Source: a bacterium (GTDB lineage: Bacteria > Patescibacteriota > Patescibacteriia > HK-STAS-PATE-3). From it: a stretch of 64,000 bases of DNA. The notes below the pieces were generated by a model. It saw nothing but the letters and a program-made list of their open reading frames with translations. It was not told the DNA's origin and ran no database searches. Position numbers and translations under genes: made by a program. The stretch spans positions 4,374-68,373 of the forward strand of contig JAZDMR010000034.1 of the NCBI GenBank assembly GCA_043800725.1. The letters are read 5' to 3'. Positions 18,491 through 27,703 of the stretch are shown piece after piece. Numbering within the stretch: the first letter of the stretch is position 1; every line of letters starts with the position of its first letter.

Positions 18491-19591
18491 CTAGCGGCAA
18501 TCGACCGGACAAGTGCTATGGCTCTCGCCATTTCCCCCATAATTACATAGTCCGTCGCCGCAGGTTATTGATACTGGAGTAGACGGTAACGGCTCGCCAA
18601 GTACAAATTGCCCGGTTTTGGCCGAGCCTTCCACTTTTACTTCACCGGTTTGAAATACCGGCGTGGGCGAATCTTGGACCTTGACCAAAGAATCATCTGC
18701 TATCGGCCCCCAGTTGCTCGCGTTGCGGCAGTCGCCGTTTAAACAAAGATCTCCTTCAACTCCAACCCGTCCGTCAAATCGTCCTGCCCAAGACACAGGA
18801 TCTTCATTAAACCCACCGTCTGAGCCCCAAACGCCCCGAGTTATATTATTCGGCGTACAAACACCAGGCAGACAAGGGTCAGGATCATCCTCTACCAAAC
18901 AAGAGACATTAGGAGTTGACCCGCCTTGGCAATAAGCCGCATTAGTTGCCAGTCCAGCAATGCCATAGGTAGCAAGGTTGTTATTAGCACATATACCATC
19001 ATTGCAGTCTGAATCTTCATCACAAGGATTGCCATCACTCTCTCCACCAGAACAAAAAAGGCTAGCACTTTCCCCAACAATAGCCGCGGTACGATCTCCG
19101 GTGGGCTGATCAGCAGTGGCTTGTATGCCAAACTGATTGGCTAAAGGAATTATTTTTGAATTACTTTCAGGTCCAGCTGCCAGACTGGTTAAGCTGGGGG
19201 TACCTAAATCAGCCGTACCTGGATTTAAATGCACATAATTACCTGTTAAAGATCCCCAGCTTGAGATACACGCGTCATTTAAGCACAATTGCTTTCCATC
19301 AGCTATTTGTATATCGCTGTTGGTGTTTAATGTTGTTGTGTTTATGGTGTTTTGAATTTCCAGATTCCCCTGGACAATTAATCCGCCTTGTTTGGTTTGA
19401 GCTACATGGGTAGATGCTAAATTCTCATCACCAGCAATGATTGGCTGAGCCGTGGTCGAGTTCGGGGCGGTTTGGTCCGGTTCTGACCAAAAAGCCAAAC
19501 CCTGGCCAATTCCAAAAACCAGAGCTAATAGTAATATAGCGGTTATTAGGCCATATCGCTGGCTTTTAAGATTGAACCGGCGATTAAGCAT
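18491..19591 (-). CDS. Secreted protein (366 aa), smallest member of the paralog family; ends with ITCGDGLCNYGGNGESHSTCPVDCR.
   Basis: Signal peptide (LITAILLLALVFGIGQGLA). Motifs QLCLNDACISSW and WAGRFDGRVGVEGDLCLNGDCRNASNW. It is the first gene after the divergent promoter region. Confidence 0.6.
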   Translation of the reverse strand: MLNRRFNLKSQRYGLITAILLLALVFGIGQGLAFWSEPDQTAPNSTTAQPIIAGDENLASTHVAQTKQGGLIVQGNLEIQNTINTTTLNTNSDIQIADGKQLCLNDACISSWGSLTGNYVHLNPGTADLGTPSLTSLAAGPESNSKIIPLANQFGIQATADQPTGDRTAAIVGESASLFCSGGESDGNPCDEDSDCNDGICANNNLATYGIAGLATNAAYCQGGSTPNVSCLVEDDPDPCLPGVCTPNNITRGVWGSDGGFNEDPVSWAGRFDGRVGVEGDLCLNGDCRNASNWGPIADDSLVKVQDSPTPVFQTGEVKVEGSAKTGQFVLGEPLPSTPVSITCGDGLCNYGGNGESHSTCPVDCR

Positions 19592-19678
19592 TTATTTCGC
19601 ACCCCCGCAATAAATCACGATTTAGAAGATTTAGTTTCTTTATTAATTTTTCTGAGAAATCTATTTAAAAAACTTCTT

Positions 19679-19708
19679 TTGACAATCCCTAAAATACAAA
19701 GGTATAAT
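19679..19708 (+). promoter_or_regulatory. Consensus sigma70 promoter (TTGACA, 18-nt spacer, TATAAT) in the divergent intergenic region.
   Basis: TTGACA at 19679-19684 and TATAAT at 19703-19708. It is oriented toward the plus-strand gene at 19791. Confidence 0.5.
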
Positions 19709-19790
19709 AGCATAAAAGGGAGGAGTCAGTCGAAAGATAAAATACAGATTCTAAGTGACAAAATTCTACCATTTTCACTGACTAGCGTCA

Positions 19791-20309
19791 ATGAACAATA
19801 CATCCAGAAAAAAACTTAATATTAACAAGCTTACCCGTGCCCCGAAAAATGAATCAGACAGCTTAGTATCTGTTATGAAAGGGGTTATCGGCAGTGCTAT
19901 TGTTGTTACTGTTTTTGGCTTATTAATAACGGTTTTTCCGCTGACAAAAACCTCGCAGCGTATTCAGACGGCAAAAGTTACAGGCGGTTCAATTTCAGCT
20001 CTTGATGTTTTAAAAGGCAGTGCCGCTTCAAGCGACACCTCGATTATCGGACTTAGCGGCACTATTAAAGATATTGAAAGCGATCAATTTACCTTAACAT
20101 TGGCTAACGGACAAAACGCAAAAATTCAAACTGATTCCAATACTGAAATTCTCCAGGAATTGAAAATATCCGAAACAGTTTCAACAACTCAAAAAGTGCC
20201 TATCGGGCGATCCGACCTGAAAAAAGGCGCTAATGTGGAAATTCTGGCAAAAACAAACGGCGGCAGCTTACTGCAGGGAGTAGCTCAAAAAATATTGGTT
20301 ACTCAATAA
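19791..20309 (+). CDS. Hypothetical membrane-anchored/secreted protein (172 aa).
   Basis: N-terminal TM segment (VIGSAIVVTVFGLLITVFPL). It lies downstream of the consensus promoter. No recognisable catalytic motif. Confidence 0.5.
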   Translation: MNNTSRKKLNINKLTRAPKNESDSLVSVMKGVIGSAIVVTVFGLLITVFPLTKTSQRIQTAKVTGGSISALDVLKGSAASSDTSIIGLSGTIKDIESDQFTLTLANGQNAKIQTDSNTEILQELKISETVSTTQKVPIGRSDLKKGANVEILAKTNGGSLLQGVAQKILVTQ

Positions 20310-20336
20310 TATTTAATTATTAAACTAAAAAAACTC

Positions 20337-20894
20337 ATGGATACTACGTTATTGGTAATTCTAGGGGTGATAGTCTTAATAGCCTTGTGGTTTTGGACCA
20401 CATATAACGGCTTAATCACTAAGCGAAACCAGGCTGATGAGGCTTGGTCAGATATTGACGTTCAGCTCAAACGGCGCTATAACCTGATTCCAAATTTGGT
20501 GGAAACGGTCAAGGGCTATGCGTCTCATGAACGAGAAACTTTTGAAAAAGTGACTCAGGCTCGCTCACAAGCCATGAACGCGCAGGGCGCCGAAGCCAAG
20601 GCTCAGGCGGAAAATGTCTTGTCCGGCACTTTAAAGTCCTTGTTCGCCCTATCAGAGAACTATCCTCAGCTTCGGGCTTCTGAGAACTTCACTAAGCTGC
20701 AAGACGAGCTTTCGGACACAGAGAATAAGGTCCAGGCCTCAAGGCGCTTCTACAACGGCAATGTCAGGGATTTCAACACCAAGCTGCAGGTCTTCCCCAC
20801 CAATATAATTGCCGGCATGTTCGGCTTCAAGGCCCGCGAGTTTTTCGAAATCGAAGAACCTGGTCAGCGTGAAGCAGTTCAGGTTAAATTTTAA
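20337..20894 (+). CDS. lemA: LemA family protein (185 aa).
   Basis: N-terminal TM segment followed by the LemA-typical region (RNQADEAWSDIDVQLKRRYNLIPNLVETVKGYASHERETFEKVTQARS). It is adjacent to htpX, a commonly conserved pairing. Confidence 0.8.
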   Translation: MDTTLLVILGVIVLIALWFWTTYNGLITKRNQADEAWSDIDVQLKRRYNLIPNLVETVKGYASHERETFEKVTQARSQAMNAQGAEAKAQAENVLSGTLKSLFALSENYPQLRASENFTKLQDELSDTENKVQASRRFYNGNVRDFNTKLQVFPTNIIAGMFGFKAREFFEIEEPGQREAVQVKF

Positions 20895-20917
20895 AAGATC
20901 CAGTAAGCAATTCGTGA

Positions 20918-21814
20918 ATGGCCACAACTTATTCTCATATTGCTGCGAATAAAAGAAAGTCGGTAATATTACTGGCTTTCTTTGTTTTGATAATTGCGGC
21001 TTTGGGCTGGCTGGTGGATTACGTCGGCGGTTCGGGGACTAATATCTTGATATTAGCCGTCTTTATCTCATTGATTATGAGCCTGGCGGGCTATTTCCAG
21101 GGAGATAAAATTGCTCTTTGGTCGGCCGGAGCCAAGCCAAGCCAAAAACAGGACAACCCCTACCTTTATCGAATGATTGAAAATTTAGCTATTACCTCCG
21201 GTCTGCCCATGCCTAAAGTTTATTTAATCCCCGACCCCGCGCTAAACGCTTTTGCTACCGGCCGAAACCCCCAGCGAGCTTCAATAGCCGTTACCCAGGG
21301 CTTGGTCGACAATTTAGAGAATGAGGAGCTCGAAGGTGTCTTAGCTCATGAAATGTCCCATATAGGCAACTATGATATTCGTTTTATGATGCTAGTGGCC
21401 GTTTTGGTCGGAATAATTGTGATTTTTTCAGATATTTTTCTCAGAGCTACGCTTTGGGGTGGCATGAGCAATCGCCGCGATCGATCTTCTGTCAGCTCAA
21501 TTTTTGCGGTTATGGGTTTGGTCTTAATCATCCTTTCCCCGATCGTTGCCCAATTTATTAAACTGGCTGCTTCGCGCAAACGTGAATACCTGGCTGATGC
21601 CTCAGGCGCTTTGTTAACTCGCTACCCGGAGGGGCTGGCTACTGCCTTGGAAAAAATCAGCACTTCCCGGCCCATGCTTAAAAAATCAAACGCCACGGCT
21701 CACCTGTACATCTCAAACCCGTTTGGCAGGTCAGCTAAGGGCCTATCTAGGCTTTTTTCAACGCACCCGCCCATTGAAGAACGCATTAAAATATTAAGGC
21801 AAATGTCACACTAG
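20918..21814 (+). CDS. htpX: M48 zinc metalloprotease HtpX (298 aa).
   Basis: HEXXH motif (HEMSHIGNYD), multiple TM segments, and a C-terminus typical of HtpX (LFSTHPPIEERIKIL). Confidence 0.85.
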   Translation: MATTYSHIAANKRKSVILLAFFVLIIAALGWLVDYVGGSGTNILILAVFISLIMSLAGYFQGDKIALWSAGAKPSQKQDNPYLYRMIENLAITSGLPMPKVYLIPDPALNAFATGRNPQRASIAVTQGLVDNLENEELEGVLAHEMSHIGNYDIRFMMLVAVLVGIIVIFSDIFLRATLWGGMSNRRDRSSVSSIFAVMGLVLIILSPIVAQFIKLAASRKREYLADASGALLTRYPEGLATALEKISTSRPMLKKSNATAHLYISNPFGRSAKGLSRLFSTHPPIEERIKILRQMSH

Positions 21815-21816
21815 AT

Positions 21817-22512
21817 ATGACTGAAAACACGGCAAATCTTTATTCTTTTCGTAAGCTGCTCATTCTGGCCTGGAACAGGTATTGGCAATACTTCGGCAGC
21901 CTGGTAAGTGTTTTCTCAATTGTTTTTCTGTTGTCTCTGGGCCTTTATTTTTCAATATACGGAGCCGATGGCTTCAGGGCACTGCTTAATCTGCCTGTTA
22001 CCAATGAGTTCCCTATTTTAAATCAATCAAATTTTCTTAACATTCTGCCTGTTACTCTGGTCGATGCTTTATTCACCTCATTGGGCACGGGACTGATAAT
22101 CTTGATTATCAGCCAGCGCGCAAAAAATCTCCCCGATAGCTTAAATAAAATCCGGCCCCGATTAATGCCTTTTATTTTGGCTTGCTTATTGATGGGCGCA
22201 ATCATCATGGCCGGATTTATAGTCTTAATAATACCCGGATTTATCTTCGGACTGTGGTTTATTTTTACCGAATACTGCGTATTATTGGAGAACAAATCAC
22301 CCGTCTTAGCGCTAAGAGCCAGCCGAGAATTATGCCGAGGTGTTTTCTTTCCGGTTTTCTGGAGAGTTGCTGGATTCTACATTTTATTTTTTATTATTGC
22401 GGGAATAATCAATTCCGTTTCAGTGGCGGGGCCTTTGGCAGTATCGATAATTATGTCACCATTCGCTATAGTGTATCTGTATGAACTCTACCAAAACCTC
22501 AGCCGGAAATAA
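21817..22512 (+). CDS. Polytopic membrane protein (231 aa), function unknown.
   Basis: Five or six hydrophobic helices. It starts 3 nt after the htpX stop. Confidence 0.5.
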   Translation: MTENTANLYSFRKLLILAWNRYWQYFGSLVSVFSIVFLLSLGLYFSIYGADGFRALLNLPVTNEFPILNQSNFLNILPVTLVDALFTSLGTGLIILIISQRAKNLPDSLNKIRPRLMPFILACLLMGAIIMAGFIVLIIPGFIFGLWFIFTEYCVLLENKSPVLALRASRELCRGVFFPVFWRVAGFYILFFIIAGIINSVSVAGPLAVSIIMSPFAIVYLYELYQNLSRK

Positions 22513-23329
22513 TCAGCCCGCTCAGCCGGCTGCTGCTCCAGCCAATCCCCATATTGCTCCCACCAGGCTATTTCGTAATTGGTGGCTGGTTGATATTCGA
22601 AAAACTTGGCCGGCCTTGTTAATGATTTCCGTCATAGGCATCGGAGTTAACGCCCTAATCTTCACAGTAGCTTTGGTTTACCTGCCGAATTTATTTGATC
22701 TTTTTTTCGCCAGATCATTGTCTGGCTTATTTCAAGCCGGTCTTAATATCATCGGCAGCCCATGGCTTTGTTTGATATTGATTTTTATTCTAGCAATAGT
22801 TAATGTCTCGCTTATCGGCTGGATTACCGTGGCTCTATATAATAAAATTACTGAACCTGGCTCCGGATCGGGCCAAGCCAAGAATAAATTGCTCAAACTC
22901 TTTTATGTCGCGGCAATCGCCTTGATAATTTTATTGGCTATTAGCGTAATCGGCACAGCCCTGGCTTACGGCTTTAGCCGCTGGTATTTTGGTGTGGTTA
23001 TTCCTTTGCTCTTATTAACGGCTCTGTTGCTTTTAGTCTTCTCGGTTTGGTTTTCTTTTTTGCCATTTATCGTTATCTGGGAAGGAATATCAGGGACTCC
23101 GGCGCTGTCTCTGAGTCGGCAGCGAGCGCGCAAATCAGCAGGCCGAATAATTTTAATAACCCTAGTCACGCTCCTTATTCCTTTTTTCCTTTATTTTGAA
23201 TTAAACGGATTGCCTGTTTGGCTTAAACTTGCCCTTCTCGCCCTAATAATCCCCGTATACGCGTCATTGCTGGCCTCCCTCTATTCTGAGGCACGCAGTC
23301 GTGGTTTAATTATTAATAAAACCAACTAA
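22481..23329 (+). CDS. Polytopic membrane protein (282 aa), function unknown; likely paralogous in architecture to the preceding gene.
   Basis: Multiple TM helices. It overlaps the upstream gene by 32 nt. Confidence 0.5.
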   Translation: MNSTKTSAGNNQPAQPAAAPANPHIAPTRLFRNWWLVDIRKTWPALLMISVIGIGVNALIFTVALVYLPNLFDLFFARSLSGLFQAGLNIIGSPWLCLILIFILAIVNVSLIGWITVALYNKITEPGSGSGQAKNKLLKLFYVAAIALIILLAISVIGTALAYGFSRWYFGVVIPLLLLTALLLLVFSVWFSFLPFIVIWEGISGTPALSLSRQRARKSAGRIILITLVTLLIPFFLYFELNGLPVWLKLALLALIIPVYASLLASLYSEARSRGLIINKTN

Positions 23330-23334
23330 AAAAC

Positions 23335-23363
23335 CATTGACAAATACCGGGTGCTTTGGTATT
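23335..23363 (+). promoter_or_regulatory. Possible promoter for the clpC-like gene (TTGACA-17-TATTTT).
   Basis: TTGACA at 23335-23340, a 17-nt spacer, then TATTTT. If used, translation would start at the ATG at 23382 with a very short leader. Confidence 0.3.
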
Positions 23364-25898
23364 TTTGGTGATACTTTTTCCATGGAAAGCAATAAACCCA
23401 ACATTCTGAATAAATTTACTACCCATCTAAAGAAGACGCTGGAACAAGCTTCTGGTCTGGGTTTTGAATTGCGTCATGCTTTTGTAAATCCTGAGCATAT
23501 TTTATACGGATTATCCGAAAGCCGGGGCGGAATTGCCGCAGAAATACTATCCAAGGCCGGAGTAGATTCGGAAAAATTAAAAACATTCATCATTTCCCGC
23601 AATGAGCCCCTGACCGAGGATATCTCTTTTATCCCTGACCAGCTAAAATTATCCTTGCCGTCCAAAAAAGCCCTTGAAAAAGCCGGTCTGGTAGCTAATG
23701 AATACGCTCATAAATATGTTGGCACGGAACATTTGCTTTTTGGTCTCTTGGAATTAAATGATCCGACTTTGGAGAGATATTTTTCCGAACAGCAAATAAA
23801 GGTTAAAGAGGTTCGTCAGCATTTGATAGTAGTTTTAAAGAGCACTACCAAATTTCCAGACCTGACCGGCTTTTTTGATGTTTCAAAAGACAGCGAGGTG
23901 ATTGAGGAGGGTTTTATTAGCGACAAGGGGGGTAAAAATCCGGCCCTGGATTTCTTTACTAGCGATTTAACTGAGCCAAGCCTGCAAAAAACTATTGATC
24001 CGGTTATCGGTCGAATTAAAGAAATTGACCGGGTTATGCATATTTTATCCCGTAGAACAAAGAATAATCCGGTATTAATCGGTGATCCGGGTGTGGGTAA
24101 GACTGCTATCGTCGAAGGATTAGCAAAAAATATCACCGAGGGCAACGTGCCTGATGCCCTGAGAAATAAGCGCCTGCTTAATTTAGATATGAGCCTTTTG
24201 GTGGCCGGTACCATGTATCGCGGTGAATTTGAAAGCCGCCTGCGTCAAGTTATTGAGGAAATCAAATCCGATCCAAATATCATACTATTTATTGATGAGC
24301 TTCATACCATAGTGGGAACCGGCTCGGCCTCCGGCTCAATGGATGCGGCAAATATTCTCAAGCCGGCCCTGGCTAAAGGACAAATTAGATGTATTGGCGC
24401 TACTACCATTGATGAGTATCGTAAGCATATCGAAGCTGATGCTGCTTTGGAAAGGCGCTTTCAGCCGATTATGGTAGAAGAGCCCAGCCCAGAAGAAACT
24501 TTAACAATTTTAAAGGGAATCAAGCAAAACTATGAGCAGTTCCACCGCGTCTCAATTTCAGATGATGCTCTAGACTCAGCCGTTCAACTGAGCGTCAGGT
24601 ATATCCAAGATAAATTTTTGCCGGATAAAGCAATTGATCTTCTGGATGAAGCTTCTTCAAAACGAAAAATCAATCGTAAAAAAAGCCCTCTGGTAAAGCA
24701 ATATGAACAAATAGAAGAAATCATTTCCGAACTAGTTAGTCAAAAGCAAGCCGCTGTTAAAGAAGAAAACTTTGACCGGGCGATAACGATAAAACAGCAG
24801 GAAATGCTAGCTCGGCGCAAGCAACAAAAAATCAGAGAGAAAATGCTCAAAGAAGAACAGCGATTTGAGGGCACTATCACAGATCAAGATATTGCTGATG
24901 TCGTGGCCCGAACGACCGGAATTCCGGTCGAGGATCTGCTTAAAGAAGAAAAGCAAAAGCTGCTTAAACTGGAACAGTCATTAAACAGCCAAATTATCGG
25001 ACAAAATGAAGCTATTGAAAAAATCGCTAATTTTATCAGGCGCTCCCGGGTAGGCTTAAGCCATCCTAACAAGCCAATTGCTTCTTTTATATTCCTGGGC
25101 CCGTCCGGGGTAGGAAAAACTGAAACTGCAAAAAAAATCGCTGAAACTATTTTTGAGAATTCCAAATCGCTGATTAGAATTGATATGTCGGAATTTAGCG
25201 AAAGTTTCACCTCTTCTAAGCTGATCGGCGCCCCGGCTGGTTACGTGGGCTACAAAGACCAGAATTCTCTGACCGATCTGGTCAAAAGAAAGCCTTACTC
25301 GGTAATATTGTTAGACGAAATTGAAAAAGCTCATCCGGATATTTTTAATATTTTTTTGCAAGTGCTTGACGAAGGACAGCTGACTGACGGAGGCGGCCGG
25401 ACTGTGAATTTTAAAAACACCCTTATAATTATGACTTCCAACGTTGGGGTAGCTGAGCTTAATAATACAGCCAGGATGGGCTTTTCTGCTCCAGACGATT
25501 ACGCCGATAGCAACCTGGAGACCGAATATCAAAGAGTCAAAGAGCAGGTTCTCAAGGATCTGGAAAAAAAATTCCGACCGGAGTTTCTAAACCGTTTGGA
25601 CGAAATAATCGTTTTCCGGCCTCTCACTCAATCAGACGTTATCAAAATCGTCCGTTTGCAGATTGCTGAGCTGCAGGAGCGCCTAAAAGATCAAGAAATA
25701 GCTATCTCTGTCACACCGGCTGCTGAAAAGCTGATTGCCAAACAAGGATTTAAGCCGGAATACGGCGCTCGTGCAGTCCGTCGGGTAATCCAAAGCTCCA
25801 TTGAAAATCCTTTGGCTGGAAAACTGCTTGATAACGCCAATAATCAAGGACGCAAGATTGTAGTTGACGCTGAACAGGATAAAGTTATACTAAAATAA
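23337..25898 (+). CDS. clpC: ClpC/ClpB-family AAA+ chaperone ATPase (Clp N-domain repeats + two AAA modules). The probable true start is the ATG at 23382 (MESNKP...).
   Basis: Walker A motifs GDPGVGKT and GPSGVGKT. Walker B motifs ILFIDELH and [10 protein letters not shown]. Clp-N repeat region ([25 protein letters not shown]). Confidence 0.85.
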   Translation: MTNTGCFGIFGDTFSMESNKPNILNKFTTHLKKTLEQASGLGFELRHAFVNPEHILYGLSESRGGIAAEILSKAGVDSEKLKTFIISRNEPLTEDISFIPDQLKLSLPSKKALEKAGLVANEYAHKYVGTEHLLFGLLELNDPTLERYFSEQQIKVKEVRQHLIVVLKSTTKFPDLTGFFDVSKDSEVIEEGFISDKGGKNPALDFFTSDLTEPSLQKTIDPVIGRIKEIDRVMHILSRRTKNNPVLIGDPGVGKTAIVEGLAKNITEGNVPDALRNKRLLNLDMSLLVAGTMYRGEFESRLRQVIEEIKSDPNIILFIDELHTIVGTGSASGSMDAANILKPALAKGQIRCIGATTIDEYRKHIEADAALERRFQPIMVEEPSPEETLTILKGIKQNYEQFHRVSISDDALDSAVQLSVRYIQDKFLPDKAIDLLDEASSKRKINRKKSPLVKQYEQIEEIISELVSQKQAAVKEENFDRAITIKQQEMLARRKQQKIREKMLKEEQRFEGTITDQDIADVVARTTGIPVEDLLKEEKQKLLKLEQSLNSQIIGQNEAIEKIANFIRRSRVGLSHPNKPIASFIFLGPSGVGKTETAKKIAETIFENSKSLIRIDMSEFSESFTSSKLIGAPAGYVGYKDQNSLTDLVKRKPYSVILLDEIEKAHPDIFNIFLQVLDEGQLTDGGGRTVNFKNTLIIMTSNVGVAELNNTARMGFSAPDDYADSNLETEYQRVKEQVLKDLEKKFRPEFLNRLDEIIVFRPLTQSDVIKIVRLQIAELQERLKDQEIAISVTPAAEKLIAKQGFKPEYGARAVRRVIQSSIENPLAGKLLDNANNQGRKIVVDAEQDKVILK

Positions 25899-25937
25899 CC
25901 AGATAAAAAGCAAGGTGGCGATCAGTCAGCTTGTTTT

Positions 25938-26642
25938 ATGCATCAATTGAATAATATATCTCAAGCGCTCCTTGATCTGATCTTTCCGATCACCTGCTTG
26001 GGTTGTCAAAAAGAAGGCCCTTGGCTGTGCGCTGACTGCTGCGCTAAGCTGCCCCGAACCAAGAACCAATGTCCTTTTTGCAATCAGCCCAATAATAATT
26101 CACAAACCTGCCCTCGCTGCGCCGCAAAGAATTCTTTATCAGGGGCTCTCTCTTGCTTTGCTTACCAGCATCCTTTGGTCAAATCTTTGATTCATGGCGC
26201 TAAATATCGCTATTGGAAATCCATCCTGCCTCAACTTGCCCAACAAATGGCTAAAAAAGTCGAGCAAAATAATAAAATTATCAACATTAAAAATTCCTGG
26301 GTAATCACCCCGGTTCCTTTACATAGATCCAAACACAAAATAAGGGGGTATAATCAATCACTGTTATTAGCGCAAGGTATTTCTGCTTACTTGGACGCTC
26401 CCCTTTCTAGGGATTTGGTTCGATCAACCAATACTCAAGCACAAGCCAAGCTTGGTAAACAGGCAAGATTTGCCAATGTGAATGGGGTATTTTCATTAAA
26501 ATCGAATATTGATTTTTCAAGCAAATCTGTTATAATCATCGATGATGTGTTCACTACAGGAGCTACCCTGGATTCAGCAGCTCGGATCTGCCAAGAGCAC
26601 GGCGCCAAAAAGGTTTGGGGACTTACTTTTGCCCATGGATAG
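25938..26642 (+). CDS. comF: ComF-family phosphoribosyltransferase (competence protein ComFC-like, 234 aa).
   Basis: N-terminal double zinc-ribbon (CLGCQKEGPWLCADCC...CPFCNQ...CPRC) and a C-terminal PRTase motif (VIIIDDVFTTGATL). Confidence 0.75.
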   Translation: MHQLNNISQALLDLIFPITCLGCQKEGPWLCADCCAKLPRTKNQCPFCNQPNNNSQTCPRCAAKNSLSGALSCFAYQHPLVKSLIHGAKYRYWKSILPQLAQQMAKKVEQNNKIINIKNSWVITPVPLHRSKHKIRGYNQSLLLAQGISAYLDAPLSRDLVRSTNTQAQAKLGKQARFANVNGVFSLKSNIDFSSKSVIIIDDVFTTGATLDSAARICQEHGAKKVWGLTFAHG

Positions 26643-26649
26643 TAATACC

Positions 26650-26667
26650 AATACCAGGAGAGGTGCG
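26650..26667 (+). repeat. 18-nt exact copy of the 5' flank plus 5' acceptor region of tRNA-Ser(GCT) (AATACCAGGAGAGGTGCG); the second copy is at 26976..26993.
   Basis: Direct sequence comparison. This copy lies at the base of an imperfect hairpin (GGAGA-GGTGCG-TGTCC-AGACG-GGACA-TCTCC). Confidence 0.6.
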
Positions 26668-26982
26668 TGTCCAGACGGGACATCTCCCGCAGGCATGACT
26701 AAACCAAAACACTCATGTTCTACGTGTACTTTTTAAAAAAAAGTCAGCGGAATGGCGATTTATATATCGGATCTTGCGAGGATTTAACCATTCGCGATAA
26801 AAGGCATAATCTTGGTTTTGTACGGTCCATAAAAACAAATCAAACCTGGAAAACTAGTAGGCTATGAGAAGCATTCTACCTGCGGCGATGCGGTTCAACG
26901 TGAACGCTTTGTGAGCGCTTTCTTAAAACCGGTCAACAAAAAGAACAGGTAAAAAAAAGAGATTTGATAAATACTAATACCA

Positions 26983-27073
26983 GGAGAGGTGCGCCGAATG
27001 GTAAGGCAGCGGTTTGCTAAACCGTAACGGTCTTTAAAGCCGTTTGTGGGTTCGACTCCCACCCTCTCCGCCA
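26983..27073 (+). tRNA. tRNA-Ser (anticodon GCT), type II with a long variable arm and an encoded CCA.
   Basis: Acceptor GGAGAGG/CCTCTCC. Anticodon stem GCGGT/ACCGT with loop TTGCTAA. Long variable arm AACGGTCTTTAAAGCCGTT. T arm GTGGG-TTCGACT-CCCAC. Discriminator G followed by CCA. Confidence 0.8.
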
Positions 27074-27196
27074 CACTTCGCAAAAAGCTTCGTATGGCTC
27101 GAAGCTACATAATCCGACATTTAATACAATAAGCTAGGACGACATAAATAGTAAAACGAAGTGTGTAACCCGGAATAAAAGTGAAGGGTTACCAAA

Positions 27197-27436
27197 ATGA
27201 ATAATATGCATACGGTATATTTACTAAAATTATCTAATAATAAAATATACACTTGCTCAACTCCGAATATTCAACGAAGAATACAAGAGAACAATAAAGG
27301 ACTTTCTCAAGCAACTCGAAAATATACTCCCGTAAAACTACTCTGGTATTGAGTCTTCCCTAATAGACTAACTGCTCGTAGATTTGAGCGCTACCTAAAA
27401 ATGGCTCTGGACAAGCATTCCGGACTAAACGTCTAA
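27197..27436 (+). pseudogene. GIY-YIG nuclease-superfamily small ORF (YhbQ/UPF0213-like, ~79 aa) interrupted by an in-frame TGA at 27350-27352.
   Basis: Translation MNNMHTVYLLKLSNNKIYTCSTPNIQRRIQENNKGLSQATRKYTPVKLLWY-[TGA]-VFPNRLTARRFERYLKMALDKHSGLNV. The GIY-YIG pattern (VYLL...KIY.G.T.N...R...H) spans both sides of the stop in a single frame. Neither half is 60 aa, so the ORF track misses it. Confidence 0.5.
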
Positions 27437-27585
27437 TAACTCAGAGTTTATTTAATCCTAACACTCAATGATAACATTAAGGGTGGGCTGGCTGAGTGGT
27501 CTTCACCGCCAAGCGGGATCCCGCCTTCTATATTATAAATATCCAGCGAGGCGGGAAAAGCGACGGTCTTGTCCCGCAGCATGGT

Positions 27586-27675
27586 GGAGGCGTGACAGAG
27601 TGGACGATTGTACCGGTCTTGAAAACCGGAGTGCCTGAAAGGGCACCGGAGGTTCGAATCCTCCCGCCTCCGCCA
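27586..27675 (+). tRNA. tRNA-Ser (anticodon TGA), type II, with an encoded CCA.
   Basis: Acceptor GGAGGCG/CGCCTCC. D stem ACAG/TTGT. Anticodon stem CCGGT/ACCGG with loop CTTGAAA. Long variable arm AGTGCCTGAAAGGGCACC. T arm GGAGG-TTCGAAT-CCTCC. Discriminator G followed by CCA. Confidence 0.8.
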
Positions 27676-27688
27676 TGCTGCGGGAGAA

Positions 27689-27703
27689 TCCACCCTCTCC
27701 GCC
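27689..27703 (+). repeat. Degenerate copy of the 3' end of tRNA-Ser(GCT) (TCCACCCTCTCCGCC; the tRNA has CCCACCCTCTCCGCC at 27059..27073).
   Basis: Direct sequence comparison: 14/15 identity to the T-arm and acceptor 3' strand of the tRNA at 26983..27073. Confidence 0.5.

Noticed and set aside
26895-27083. Minus-strand 62-aa ORF.
   Set aside because: It runs antisense across tRNA-Ser(GCT); the GVEPTNG peptide is the typical antisense translation of a tRNA T-arm.
27484-27528. Possible additional tRNA or split/permuted tRNA half (GGGTGGGCTGGCTGAGTGGTC...).
   Set aside because: A cloverleaf could not be built: there is no complementary acceptor 3' strand and no T-arm. It is recorded only as context of the tRNA-island observations.
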